Assembly (NCBI RefSeq): GCF_009914755.1
Contig: NC_060928.1
Source: the human T2T-CHM13v2.0 reference genome, Homo sapiens
DNA length: 64,000 nucleotides
Direction: 5' to 3' (one strand)
Part shown: positions 1-11,381 of the stretch, in pieces
Layout: each line of letters begins with the position of its first letter
Numbering within the stretch: position 1 is the stretch's first letter
Position numbers and translations under genes: made by a program
Notes under the pieces: model-generated
The model's input: only the letters and a program-made list of their open reading frames with translations
The model's database searches: none
Told to the model about the DNA's origin: nothing

Positions 1-3000
1 CCCCCTCTTGCTACTCCAATGTCAAAAGAGGCTTACATTTTAATAACAGACATATCCAAAATTTTCAAGCCTTACTTTCCCCATCCAGAATCTTCATCTG
101 TTGCTATCATCACTGGTTCACATGACTAGGTCTACCTAGGTGTAGCTCCCAAGAGAAGGTTACTTTCCATTTAGTGTCTTGCACCATGGAAAAAACTTAC
201 CATTTCTGCTGTCCTTCAGAAACTTCTGTTTTGTTTTGGGTTTTTTTTGTTGGTCTGTTTTTGTTTTTGTTTGCCTTGGGGAGTAGATATGAAAAGGTAC
301 AATGTTAAGCCCGGTTTTAAAAAACATACCTGAGTGATATAAATATTCAGTACGCTATAAATTTAGTTACCCCGTGGTTTTATATATTTAATGAATGCTT
401 AAATCCATCCGTAATTAATATTTGTGTATTGTATAAAACGAAAAAACTAAACCTTCTTTTTCACAACGGTTGTGCAAGTTCTCCACTGTAATCCAAGTAT
501 ACGCTGTGTGTAGCATCATCTGATTTTGTGATCACTTCTGTTTCACAGATCTGTTTCTATTTTATTATGACAAAAACAAAGTTTTAACTGCAATGCCATT
601 TTTTCCTCACGTGTATGTGTGTGTACACACGTGAGCATGTGTTGTACATTTCCACTTAAACTCTTGCATTCTGGACAACCGACCTACGCTTTATTAGGTG
701 GCCAAAATACAGAGTTAAGTATTTACAAACTCCATAATATTTAAACCACAAACAATATGAGTGTGTCAGTTATGGAATAAAGAAGACTGGGGTTAGCCAT
801 CAACCCAAGAGAAGAAAAAAGAAAATATACTATGGCAACCAACGTACCATATTTGAACTGAAATATCTCCATTTCAGAAGGGTGAAGAACAGAGACACTA
901 GAAGCTAAACAGTGTCCCCTCTGACTTGAAATTCAAGACATCATTTTAAATCTAACAGGTCAATCAACCTTTCTTTTTAACTTAACCCTGCAACATGCTT
1001 CAAAATTAAAATACCTCCTGATTCTACCTGGGGCAGCAAATGTCTTTCTGTATCAGCCATACTTACTCTGAACATCTAACAGTCTCATCTCAGGTGGTTT
1101 CTTCTTAGTATGACATCATGACCTTATAAAATGAACAAAACAATTCAGAATATTGGCCATTGTACTTACTCTATACATATTTATATATTCAACATAGTAT
1201 TATGAAATGAGAAGAAAATCTGAAAACAAAAGAAAATTATAAGAAGAGATACCACTTTTGAGTAGTGGCAGTTTTGAGAAATGCACTGTATTAATTGGCA
1301 CTTGTAATTAGGTATAGTGAATTTTTCATTTTAGGTAAAGTTTCTTAAAAATAACATTTTAAAAGACTTGTTACAAATCAGATTATTAAAAACATAGCTT
1401 GTGAAACTGAGGTATAATATCTTAGAAATATATTTTAAAATTTAAAACAGAAAGGTAAAAAGTCAAGCATTCATTCATCCAGTCAGCACATCTTCATTAA
1501 GTACTAATTAGTTATGCAGCCAACAAATCCATCAAAAACTGTGACCAACTGAATGCTTGTCAGGTTCCTTGGGCTTAAACAATACTTTTACCACTGGTGT
1601 TATCCAGCAAAATGTAAATATATTATTGTTAAATTAGGTACTTGGTTAGGTAGTCTGACTAGGTATGGTTTAAAAAAAAGCTTTGAGAAAATCAGCAATC
1701 AGCACTTTACCATTAAATTAGCAGCAGCTGCCAAGGTTCTCAAATATATATGCTAAGGAACAAGCAATAATATTAAGTTTTATCACAATTCTAAGACTGA
1801 ACATTGGCTATTAGCCTAAGACATACCAAAAGCATTGCTCAGGTGTGAATGCTGAATAAAAATCTCACGCATTTCCATTGACATCAAATTGGCCAAGCTT
1901 CTAGTGGAGATGGGGAAAACATAAATCAATGAAACAAAATTGAGGACTGCTGGAATTATGCATTTAAGCAACTGGGTCCAAATTCAGGATATTGGCCCAT
2001 AATTGAATACATTCATTTGCTGTTTCTATGACCTTTCTAGAAAAGTGTTTTTGCTATCCCTGCCTTCATTTCTTTACTGCTCAAGTCCATCTAACCCTAT
2101 TCAGATATTTCTTTCTACCAATCTGCACCACTGTTGCCATTAAAATCATAACAAAAGCTGTCCTTCTCTAGAAATTTTTGCTTAATTTATTTTATCCAAG
2201 TGTTTTCTTTATTCTCCATGCCTTTAGCACTCATAGTCATTAAATGTTTTAATAATTTTCATACTCTTAATGAAGTTATTTGAACATATATATATTCCTT
2301 ATCAAATTGATTACAAAATCAAGGACTATGAAGTTCTTGAGAAACATATATCATAATTTACATTTATTTTCCATTCTCTCACTATTCCTATGACTAGGCG
2401 CCAATGCAACACCAATGCATGTTTTTGAGAGTCTTTGCCTCTCAAATTGTCATAATTACTAAAGAGAATGTTAATAAAAGCAATCATAGGCAGAAAATGG
2501 CAAGGAAAATGCTGAAAAGAAAGTTCAAATACAATTGAGGCTTAAAGCTCAGAATTGGGTATTCTAATGAATTCATTCTATTTTAGGAGGCTTATTTTTC
2601 ACCAATTTGTTTTTAATTTTGAGAATTTTAGCACTCATTAGCAGGAATAGAGGAGAAGGTATTAAGATATTACTCTAAAGAATTGGAAAAAAACTAAATG
2701 ACTCTATCAAATTAAAGCCCTTTAGTAATAAAATTTTGATAAATATTTAAATAGAAAACTATTTTAAAATGAATGAGCTATCTGCTTACGAAAATGACTT
2801 TTATAATCTATCTGCCTATCAGTTTTATCATATAAATTTTAACTTACTGAAAATAAAAGTTTATCTGAAAGAAAGCAAGTAAATGTGATATATAATTATG
2901 GGAAAAGCTCATAATTGACTTTTATATTTTTGAAGCTTAACTAAAATTTAGTTAGTTATCTTCTTCACTTATCATTTGCATCTAGTCTTCAAAATCATAT

Positions 3001-3159
3001 TGCAATTTCCCTCAAAACAGGGACACTAAATGTTTTGGTATCTGCTTAGTAAATAATATATATTTGATAAAGGAAATAAAACCCCCAAGAAAATTAATGC
3101 CGAGTATTCTCAACAAATATCTATTTATAGACTACCTCATCCAAAACATCTTACCATAC

Positions 3160-3385
3160 AAATAGTTAACATTTACTGAGAATCCACTATAGAATAAGAA
3201 TTTTACCTATATCATTTCAGTTGAAGCCTCAAAATAACAAGGTCAATGTATCATCATAGTTTAATAAATGTTTCAAATGTTTGACACACTTAATAGGGCT
3301 TCAAAGTAATTTCTCCAAGTCCAAATATTTAGAGAAGCAAGAATATGAACCCAATTTGGTTTAATTCTCAAAGTTATGTTCCTCA
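3160..3385 (-). mobile_element. MIR (degenerate)
   Basis: aatagttaacatttactgag...tatcatttcagttgaagcctcaaaataac...gaatatgaaccca. Confidence 0.5.
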
Positions 3386-4806
3386 TAAATTTACCATATC
3401 ATCTCCTGTCATAGTCGGGTACCTTCAGAAATGAGTAAAAAAGAGGTATAACCTACCCTATAGAGCCCATTATGTATCTTCTGAATTACTGAGTTCACTT
3501 CTAAAATAAACATGTTTTTCTTCTGTCAGTTCTTATACCAAAATATTCATATAAATTTTACTTATAGTAGTAAATACGATGCCACAATCATCTTCATTTG
3601 ATTATGTCTTTCAAAATTTAAAGGTATTTTTAAGTTCCTGTCCATTTTTCTTCTGGCATGAATAAATTTAATTTTTTAATTTTCAAAACTTTATAATTAA
3701 AACCATTTTTAAGCAACATTGAGGACGAAATTAGCATGAAGTGATACTTGAAATTCATTTAACAAAAACACATTTCCCTTTTTAAAGACTGCTTCAGAAA
3801 TGTTTACAAAATAAACACCAATATTTGCACCGTGTAAACTGTGTACATTTCTTGATTTTCCTTTGCTTTCAGTCTCTGATGAATTAAGAGAACATGGCAT
3901 ACTTCTGGGATCATTGATCAGTGTTCTTTAGGAATGATGAGGCACAGGTACCTTTCTTTTGAACTTGTTTCATCAATTTTCTTGTTCCTTCCTTGAAATC
4001 TATGATTTCCACATTGGGCACTTCTGCATGAGAAAAAGATGACTGCTTATAATATTGCTTTCTTGTAAGAAAACATATTCAAGCTTTGTTTCACTGATAA
4101 AAATCCCTAAAGAAGAAAACCCTCAAACATATTTATGAATTCCTCCATCACTCAACTCAGTAAAGTACTAGCCAATTTGACTAGGATAAAATCAGCATTT
4201 CTGTCAGTCAAAAATCTGGATTAACTCCATTTCTAAGTTAATTTGAGATTTTTGTTTGTTTTACCTCCTAAGTAAATTCAATTCAGTTAGACTGAAGAAA
4301 GCCCATGGGGTAATAAAATGAGCCTGTATATGGGCAGCAAAAGATCTGGATTTGAATTCTGTAATAATGTAGTGAGTTACTTAAACTCTGAACATCCTTA
4401 TAACATTAATTATAATGTTAGGATAATAAAACCTATATAGATGGAGAATACCAAATATAATTTACATAACAATTCTAGGTAAATATTAAGCTGTTTAAAA
4501 ACCATTAGTAACTTTCACCTAAAAAGAATAGATGAAATTGCAATAAAATAGAGGATAAAGTACAGCATTTGCCAAGCCCGTTTAAATAAGATATCATGGA
4601 AATCATGTTTCTTATACAAAGAGTTATACTAAGCAGGCAGTGAAACTGAGAGAAATACTTTTTTTTTAAATTGAAGTATCTGTTTTACTGTTTGTTCTGA
4701 TTTACTATTTTAATTCTAATGTAATTCTAATTATTAATGTAATTCTCAAGCTGTGTTTTATATTATTCTGATAATGTCTGTCCCCAATAATGTTTTAAAA
4801 CTCTTC

Positions 4807-4936
4807 AGAATATAGCTCTATGACTTGCAACCCTAATCACGATTTGGGTTCTTATCTTATTATAAGAATAAGAATATAGCTCTATGACTTGCAACCCTAA
4901 TCACAATTTGGGTTCTTATTCTTATTATACAGAATA
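4807..4936. repeat. Two-copy tandem duplication, ~64-66 bp unit
   Basis: agaatatagctctatgacttgcaaccctaatcacRatttgggttcttat... starts at 4807 and 4871. Confidence 0.95.
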
Positions 4937-6091
4937 ATCTTATTCTGTATTTTAAAAATCAAGGGGTTTCCTTTTAAGAAAATAGTTTACACTTCCCAGG
5001 CAAACACTAAAACTATGCAGGTTTTGTATCACTATCAAATAAAAAGTAAAAACATTGGGTAAGGAAAAAAAAGAGCTCTTTCTAGACAACTTCTCTCTTA
5101 CTCATATGAACTTGATCAGGACTTGCAATTAATTTTTGAAATTGTTCTGTATAGACCTCTATATTTGAAGCTTCATTTTCTGTCTCTGGGCCATGTCAGT
5201 AAAACCCACACATCTCCCTGTTAAGCAAAGCAGCTGGCTTTTTAAATGTGATGTCTTTTAGTTCTTATTTACAATCCTAATCACATCATTGATTTCAGTA
5301 ATCTTTCAGTAAAAGTAGTTATTAATGCTGTCAAAAGCAGAAACGGGGATTCAATGTTGTTTTCTCTTTTTTTAAATAAACCTGGATAATTAAGATTAAG
5401 CCTAATAATGTGACTTTAGAGGCCTCTGGGTGATTAAGCAGTTTCCTGTGGTTGAGGATGCAACACAGCACAGACACCACCCTCGCTTAAAATTCTACAT
5501 ACCTCCCAAAAAATAACCACTTATACAAACCACAAACGGTTAAATAAAAATGCTAGGAGTAGTCAATCATCATAACACAAAGGAAACTAGATTTTTGTAT
5601 TTTTCAGACTCAAAACACAAACAGCACATAAAATTTTATTTGACTGATTTTTTTTTCTGTAATTTAAGACAACCCATAGTGTGTATTTTGTCTACTAAGG
5701 CTACAAAACTAAGGTGCCATGACCTTTTTACTAGCCCAGGTATGTTTCTAATGCTCTAAAGAATAAAACAATGATCTGAAAAAGAGAGGATAAAACAAAT
5801 ATGAAGAGGTTAAGAGACATTTTGGAGAAATAAGATATTTTAATATCCAAAGCAACGGAAGAAAAGGGTAAGATGAGGTAATACATTTTAATTTTTAGAA
5901 AAAGAAGTCATAAGGCAATAAAGACTGTCATTTTGATTGAAATCCATTTATCTGCATTCTGAAAGATAGTATGGAACAAACAAAAGTTTTCAAAGGACTA
6001 TTTACTACCAAAAGACACAATACGTGAAGAATCTGACAAGAATGCATGTTCAATGTCTGTCATCAACCCACCTCCCCAAAACCAAAAGAAA

Positions 6092-6126
6092 ATATATGCA
6101 CACACACACATATATATATGCATATG

Positions 6127-6157
<31 letters not shown>
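6092..6157. repeat. Compound (TA)/(CA)n microsatellite
   Basis: Direct reading. Confidence 0.95.
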
Positions 6158-7849
6158 TTTGGAATCAGTATCACAAACCAGTGCCCAATTTAAAAACATT
6201 CCTGGACCTCTTATTGATCAATTTCTCTTACAGAAAGGAGCAGAGTATAGTATCTGAACTGAAACAGTATTATTAGAAAATGATATTGTGAGCATTAGGA
6301 TGTATAATTCATGTTGCTTTCATTTGCTCAGACCATTGTAAAAATCCATAAATCATTTTTTGTTCATGTATTGCTTAAGTGCAATTTGTCATTTTGCATT
6401 AGAGGGCTGCTTCAGCTCATTCAGTGCTTTTAATTCACTGTTTAGAGTTTAACAAAATGTTGTCCCTGCTTGATAACTGAAAAGGCACTGAAATGTGAAG
6501 CCACCCCAATATTAACTAGGTTAAACAAAATGGAGAAGCACATTTCTACTTTCAATATCAAGATAATGGTGCTTGATGGGATATCTAGTATTTTCAATCC
6601 CAAGAACAAGGATTGGTTTGTTCTCTGATGGGCTTGAAGGATTAAAACACAGTAACTAAAGAGTTACCTGAATACTTAAAATTGCATATGCTATAAATCT
6701 TTCCCAGAAATTCCAGTCAGCATTCACTTTTTACTATAGATGAACAAAAACTAACACAATGTTTGTGGCATTGGTTCCAAAGCCTTGTCTTCCCACCTCT
6801 TAAGTTAGATTACACTACCACAAATAAACCTATTTCATGCTTACCCATAAAAGATGCAATGCACTTTGGGTCTTTTGTATTTGTTCTCTGAGCTGTGCTT
6901 GCTGAGAATGACAAGTGCCAGGAACAACCATCTAGGTCAATCCTGGTGGAGCCTGGTTATTGATAAAGTAATTTTTCCTTCCAATTCTAAAAAAAAAAAA
7001 AAAAAAAACTTCCCTCAAAGCTCTGGGCACATAGCAATAATAAGAGGATTTAGAAACAAATTGCTTTCAAGTCATGTTAAATCACTGCAAACACTCATTT
7101 ATCCAAAGGCTGGTTAACAAACTTGTTTCTGCCCCACCCTTTGCAGCAAAGGGCAGAGAAGAAAGCAATCCCTTAACCCAGTTTCAAAGTTTGTAAAACA
7201 CACTTGTGGGATCCTTAGCGCCCCCCTGTTTCTGCTGCACTTAAAGCCCAATGAAATAAAAAATGTGCACTATCACTCTAATATATAAACCAGGACTTTT
7301 ATGAAAACTGATTTTGATAACCTCCCTCCAAATAATAAAACTATTCCTCTGTTTCTTAGGGTGCAGTTTGTCCTGGCTCAAACAGTTTGCGCTCCTAGGG
7401 GGTGGACGGGGGAGGGTGAAGAAGGGATTACGTACAAAATATTTCCTTCTCCTTTTCCGCTCCAGTAACGGGGGGATTGAGGAACACAGAATATACATGA
7501 TGCTCTACACTTCAAAGAGGTAGTCAGCCTCATTACTGAGGCTGCCGTATATACAAACCTCATCTCACTAAATTCTGGGGTCCACGGGAGTAAGAATGAA
7601 AAAGAAAAACGAAAGGCAGGGATCTGTTTGATTGACACAGCAAGGGAAAAAGTAAACCTGTTACATTTTAGAGGCATTTTAAAAGGCAAATTTAAAGTGT
7701 TGTTTTGTTTTGTGGGTGACGGGGCATGGTTGTTTTAAAGGCTCTAGGGTAAAGGGGCATAGAAGGCTATTAATGCCACTATCTGATCTTGGCTCCAAAC
7801 AAAATGCTCTTGGAATTGCCCTTGGCTGGAGCTATCTAGCGGGAGGCGG

Positions 7850-8120
7850 AGGACCAGGCTCTGTTCTGTTCGGCCGGGAAGAAGACCCTACCGTCACTCC
7901 GCCGGTCCCTGGCTGGCGCCACAAAGACTAGAAGTCGGAGAGGCGAGACCTCTAGGGGGCCTGGGCTCAGCGACGCTGGTGCGGACACAGACCCCTATGA
8001 CCCAAGAAATCTTGTAGAGCCCCCAAAAGGCGAGCTCTCCAAAGCAAAATTCTCTGGCCTGCCCTATGCTGATTTCGCCGCTAGGAGACGCCTGTAACCC
8101 ACGTTTGCGGAGAGAGTTCC
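7850..8120. promoter_or_regulatory. Upstream CpG-rich island
   Basis: Sharp rise in GC and CpG against AT-rich flank. Confidence 0.6.
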
Positions 8121-9229
8121 ATTCAAACACATCTGCTACCAAAAATAAAAATAAAAAATAAAAAAAAATAAAAGCAGCTCAAGTGTTACAGTGGATGTAG
8201 TGATTATTTACAGGCAAATCTGGCCATCTCATCTCCACCTCTGGAAGCTCTCTGGCTTTCAGCATATGCCCCAAGTCAGCTCAAACTTCATCTACATTTC
8301 AGGGGTAGAAACCCTCTTCCCCAGTTTCTGGATCTGCATTGTCATTCAGCTGCATGTCTCCCACATGCAAACACGCGCGCACTCGCGCGCACACACACAA
8401 GTGTTTCCATACGTACAAATGAACGCATTAGAAAATTACCGTCATTTTTTAAAAGGCTCCAGGATTCTGACGAGTCAGCTTGAAGAGCTCAAAACATTTC
8501 ATTTCAATTCTGCAGATCTGAAGAAAAAGAAAGGGGGGAGGGGTGGAAGTACAGATGCAATACCGTATTAATATTCAGATACACTATAATCTCCTTTTCA
8601 TTGATCCACAGGTCCCTTTATACACTGCCGCTCCATTCTCAGCCGCAGACGTGATGCTAAAATCATTTTAACTGCAGCGGTTTTCGCTTGGCTTTGGCCA
8701 GTCTTCAATTTACTGCAGCTGGAAAAGGATTAGCCATTTTTGCTGGAATCCTTTCCTTCTAAGCGCTCAAAGGCAGGACCCATCTTCATGAAAGAGCCAA
8801 GTGCGGGGGCCGGGGGGACCCGGCGTTGCGGGGAGTTGGGGCGCGGAAATCAGGGCAGTAGACGTGCATTCGCGGGACTCTCAGAAGCACGTCTCAGGCT
8901 ACTATCACGCCCATGGACACTAGCCCTCCTTAACTCCTTGCCAGGAGGAAATGGCAACGTATCTCCAGGTCGGAAAACGACTCTACTTTTCCCGCAGGTT
9001 GTGGTGGTGTATTCTTGGGTCATTCATTACCAGAAAGCAGCAAAGGACCTTCCTATCTCTTTGCATAAAAAGGAGATTGAATAGGGGCTTCTTTCGTGAA
9101 TAAACAACCAATTCCTTGCTAGTGGCCCATTAATTAAAAATATATATTTATAGATCTTTCCTTAGAGAACTGGCATTCTATCCACTCTCCAGCATTAAAG
9201 AGTTCGCGCTGTGTTTTAACTTCACAAGA

Positions 9230-9970
9230 ACTAGCTATGTGGATGTGCCGCGTTGCCCCTGCGCCTCCGGAAGGGGCACTCACAGCTGGTCAAGCGCGTC
9301 CTTCGGAACTCGGGGAGGCTCCGTTGGGGCTTACACAGAGCTAAGCCCTGGGCCAGGGAGGATGGATGCAAGTACCGTGCATGTGCAAACGTGTTCGCAG
9401 ATACCCGCAGCGGTGCACACTCGGGCCCCTCGTGTGCACGGGCCCTGCCCACCACCCCGCCCGCGTTCGCCGCCGCCCCACTGTCCTCATCCCGCGGGCT
9501 GACCCCAGGATTGGCAGAAATCAGTGGTCTAATCTAGCATGGTGGGTAAAGGGATCGATCTCCAATTGCCAAAAAAAAAATAGAAAATAGCCGGTGTTCC
9601 CAGCCGCTGCGTGGCACTTGGCCGCACAAGGCGCAGGGATATCAGAGGCGCTTTGCAGCGCTTGGCGGTGCTGTGTGCCGGATGCCCCAGAGCCCGGCGT
9701 TAGGATGGCGGGCTTGTAGGAAGCGGCTCAAATCAACTCCTCAGTCACTGATGAACGCGCTCACGGCTCGAAGCTAGGTCCTCGAGTGAGTTAATCTACT
9801 TGGTAAGTATTTTGTGAATATGTATTTTGGGAGGAAAGAAGCACGTCGAACGCGTCTGCCCGTCTGTAAGCGCTGTCATCCCCACATCCTTTAGCGTGAA
9901 TTCCTCCGCTTTTTAGGAGTCACCTCCACCCCCTACTCCGTATGCTTCGCGCCTTTCCTCACGGCCCCGT
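9230..9970. promoter_or_regulatory. Upstream CpG island with GC boxes
   Basis: Dense CpGs; ccccgcccg / cgccgccgcccc near 9455-9480. Confidence 0.7.
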
Positions 9971-10269
9971 CAGACCCCCTCACCTTTAGATTGACACATG
10001 CCATATAATACTCACTTTTAAAATGCCCTGCCAGTCTCTGCTAGGGTCCCTTAATTAGGTAACCCTTGCCAATTAGTGGGCCCTGCGCTACTTTTTCCCT
10101 TCTCGATGATTTATTTCCATGATGCGTATTAGGGAAAATACCTTAAAGGAAAAAGAATGTTAGCATCATTGGAAATCCCGCTCCTAGGAGAGGATATCGC
10201 AGCTGTTGCTATTATGTTTTCGCATTTGCTGATGCAAACAGGGGAACCTCTCTATTCCCTCCCCATTAC

Positions 10270-10560
10270 CTGCGGCTGGGGACTGGGAACTTTCCGCGGC
10301 ATTGTCCCCAGCCAGCGCCTCGGGACCTGCGGGGCTGTTCTCGCTCTCACACTCACACTCACCCCGGCCGCTCGGGCGAGAGTTCTGTCCCGCCCCGCCC
10401 GGCTGCCGCGTGACGTGTCTGTTTGGCGGCCAGTTTGGCCAATCATCGGCAGCTCGGTGGGTGGTGCTCCTGGGCGATTGGTTGGCAGAATGAGGGCGCT
10501 GCGCAAAAACGGAGAAGCCGAGCGCTCGGAGCTCAGAAACTGCCAGCCCAGACCACAGGC
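10270..10560. promoter_or_regulatory. TATA-less CpG-island core promoter, bidirectional motif layout
   Basis: GC boxes CCCGCCCCGCCC 10389-10400, CRE/ATF-like TGACGT 10411-10416, CCAAT 10439-10443, inverted CCAAT (ATTGG) 10477-10481; CpG-dense. The TSS itself is inferred, not seen. Confidence 0.8.
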
Positions 10561-11381
10561 TCAGAGGCTGAAGCAGGAGGAAGGAAGGACTGGAAGGAAA
10601 AAGAGACAGGTTAGAGGGAAAGAGGCTTGGGAAGAAAACAGCAGAAAAGAAACTGCTCATTACACTTACAGAGAGGCAAGTAACGGTGGAGATGAGGACA
10701 GAGGGAACCAAGACTCTGAAAGACAAAAAATACAAATAGAGCGAAAGAGGAAAAAAATGTCAAGAAGAACATCCATCCGGAGAAATGAAGAGAATGAAAG
10801 TTTTAAGCTGCAGAGCCGTTCTGTGCTTTTCCGGCACAAAATTATATCGCTGATTTTAAGCCCTTTTGCATTTGCCAGCCGTTGACATTAAGAGGCATGT
10901 TTAACGGTGCCAACAGCATCTCCTTTTCCTTCTCCTCTTCCTCTTCTTCTTCTTCCTCCTCCTCCTCCTCTTTTTCCTCCTCCTCGTTCTCCTCCCATCA
11001 GCAAGAAGACAAACCGAGGACAGTCTTGAAATATCGAAATTTCCTCTTTGGGATTTGCCAGCGCCAAGACTGTCGGAATAAAGGACGCTGACTATTGTAT
11101 TATTGTTATTTTATTAATTAGTCAGTGGAAAGATTACAGATGAGGAAAGGGGACGCCTGTCACCCTTCCTGTGCTAAGATTTAAAAAAAAATGAGGCTGG
11201 ATTGCGGGAAGCTCTAAAATGAAGCAAAAGGAGTAAGATTTTTAAAGACAGAAAGCCACAGGAGCCCCCACGTAGCGCACTTTTATTTGTATTTTTTCAG
11301 ATTTTTTTTTGTTTCGTGGTGGTGGGGGAGGTGATTGGGTGGCTGACTGGCTGCGGGAAGCTACTTCCTTTCCTTTTGGAG
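10560..11381 (+). other. PCDH10: PCDH10 5' UTR (~0.8 kb, start approximate) with eight upstream ATGs and a pyrimidine tract
   Basis: Lies between core promoter motifs and ATG 11382. ATGs at 10692, 10757, 10785, 10794, 10897, 11140, 11191, 11219. Confidence 0.7.
10920..10995. repeat. (TCT/TCC)n pyrimidine tract in the 5' UTR
   Basis: Direct reading. Confidence 0.9.

Larger units (their letters stand above)
7850..10350 (-). ncRNA. PCDH10-DT: Putative divergent lncRNA from the shared promoter (5' part only; exon structure inferred)
   Basis: Minus-strand donor CAG|GTAATG at 10270/10269 and several strong minus-strand acceptors (8719, 8518, 8136). I recall a divergent transcript being annotated at PCDH10; exons cannot be confirmed from sequence. 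Confidence 0.45.

Noticed and set aside
4807-4936. Repeat pair as a CRISPR-like array
   Set aside because: Two adjacent copies, no spacers, no cas genes, mammalian context.
10157-10885. 242-aa ORF and overlapping antisense 183-aa ORF
   Set aside because: Span the core promoter, are compositionally biased and have no recognisable domain; only the internal ATG at 10757 is kept as a uORF.
11316-11381. 22-codon N-terminal extension in the ORF track (918 aa)
   Set aside because: Starts at GTG; the ATG at 11382 directly begins the signal peptide and gives the known protein lengths.
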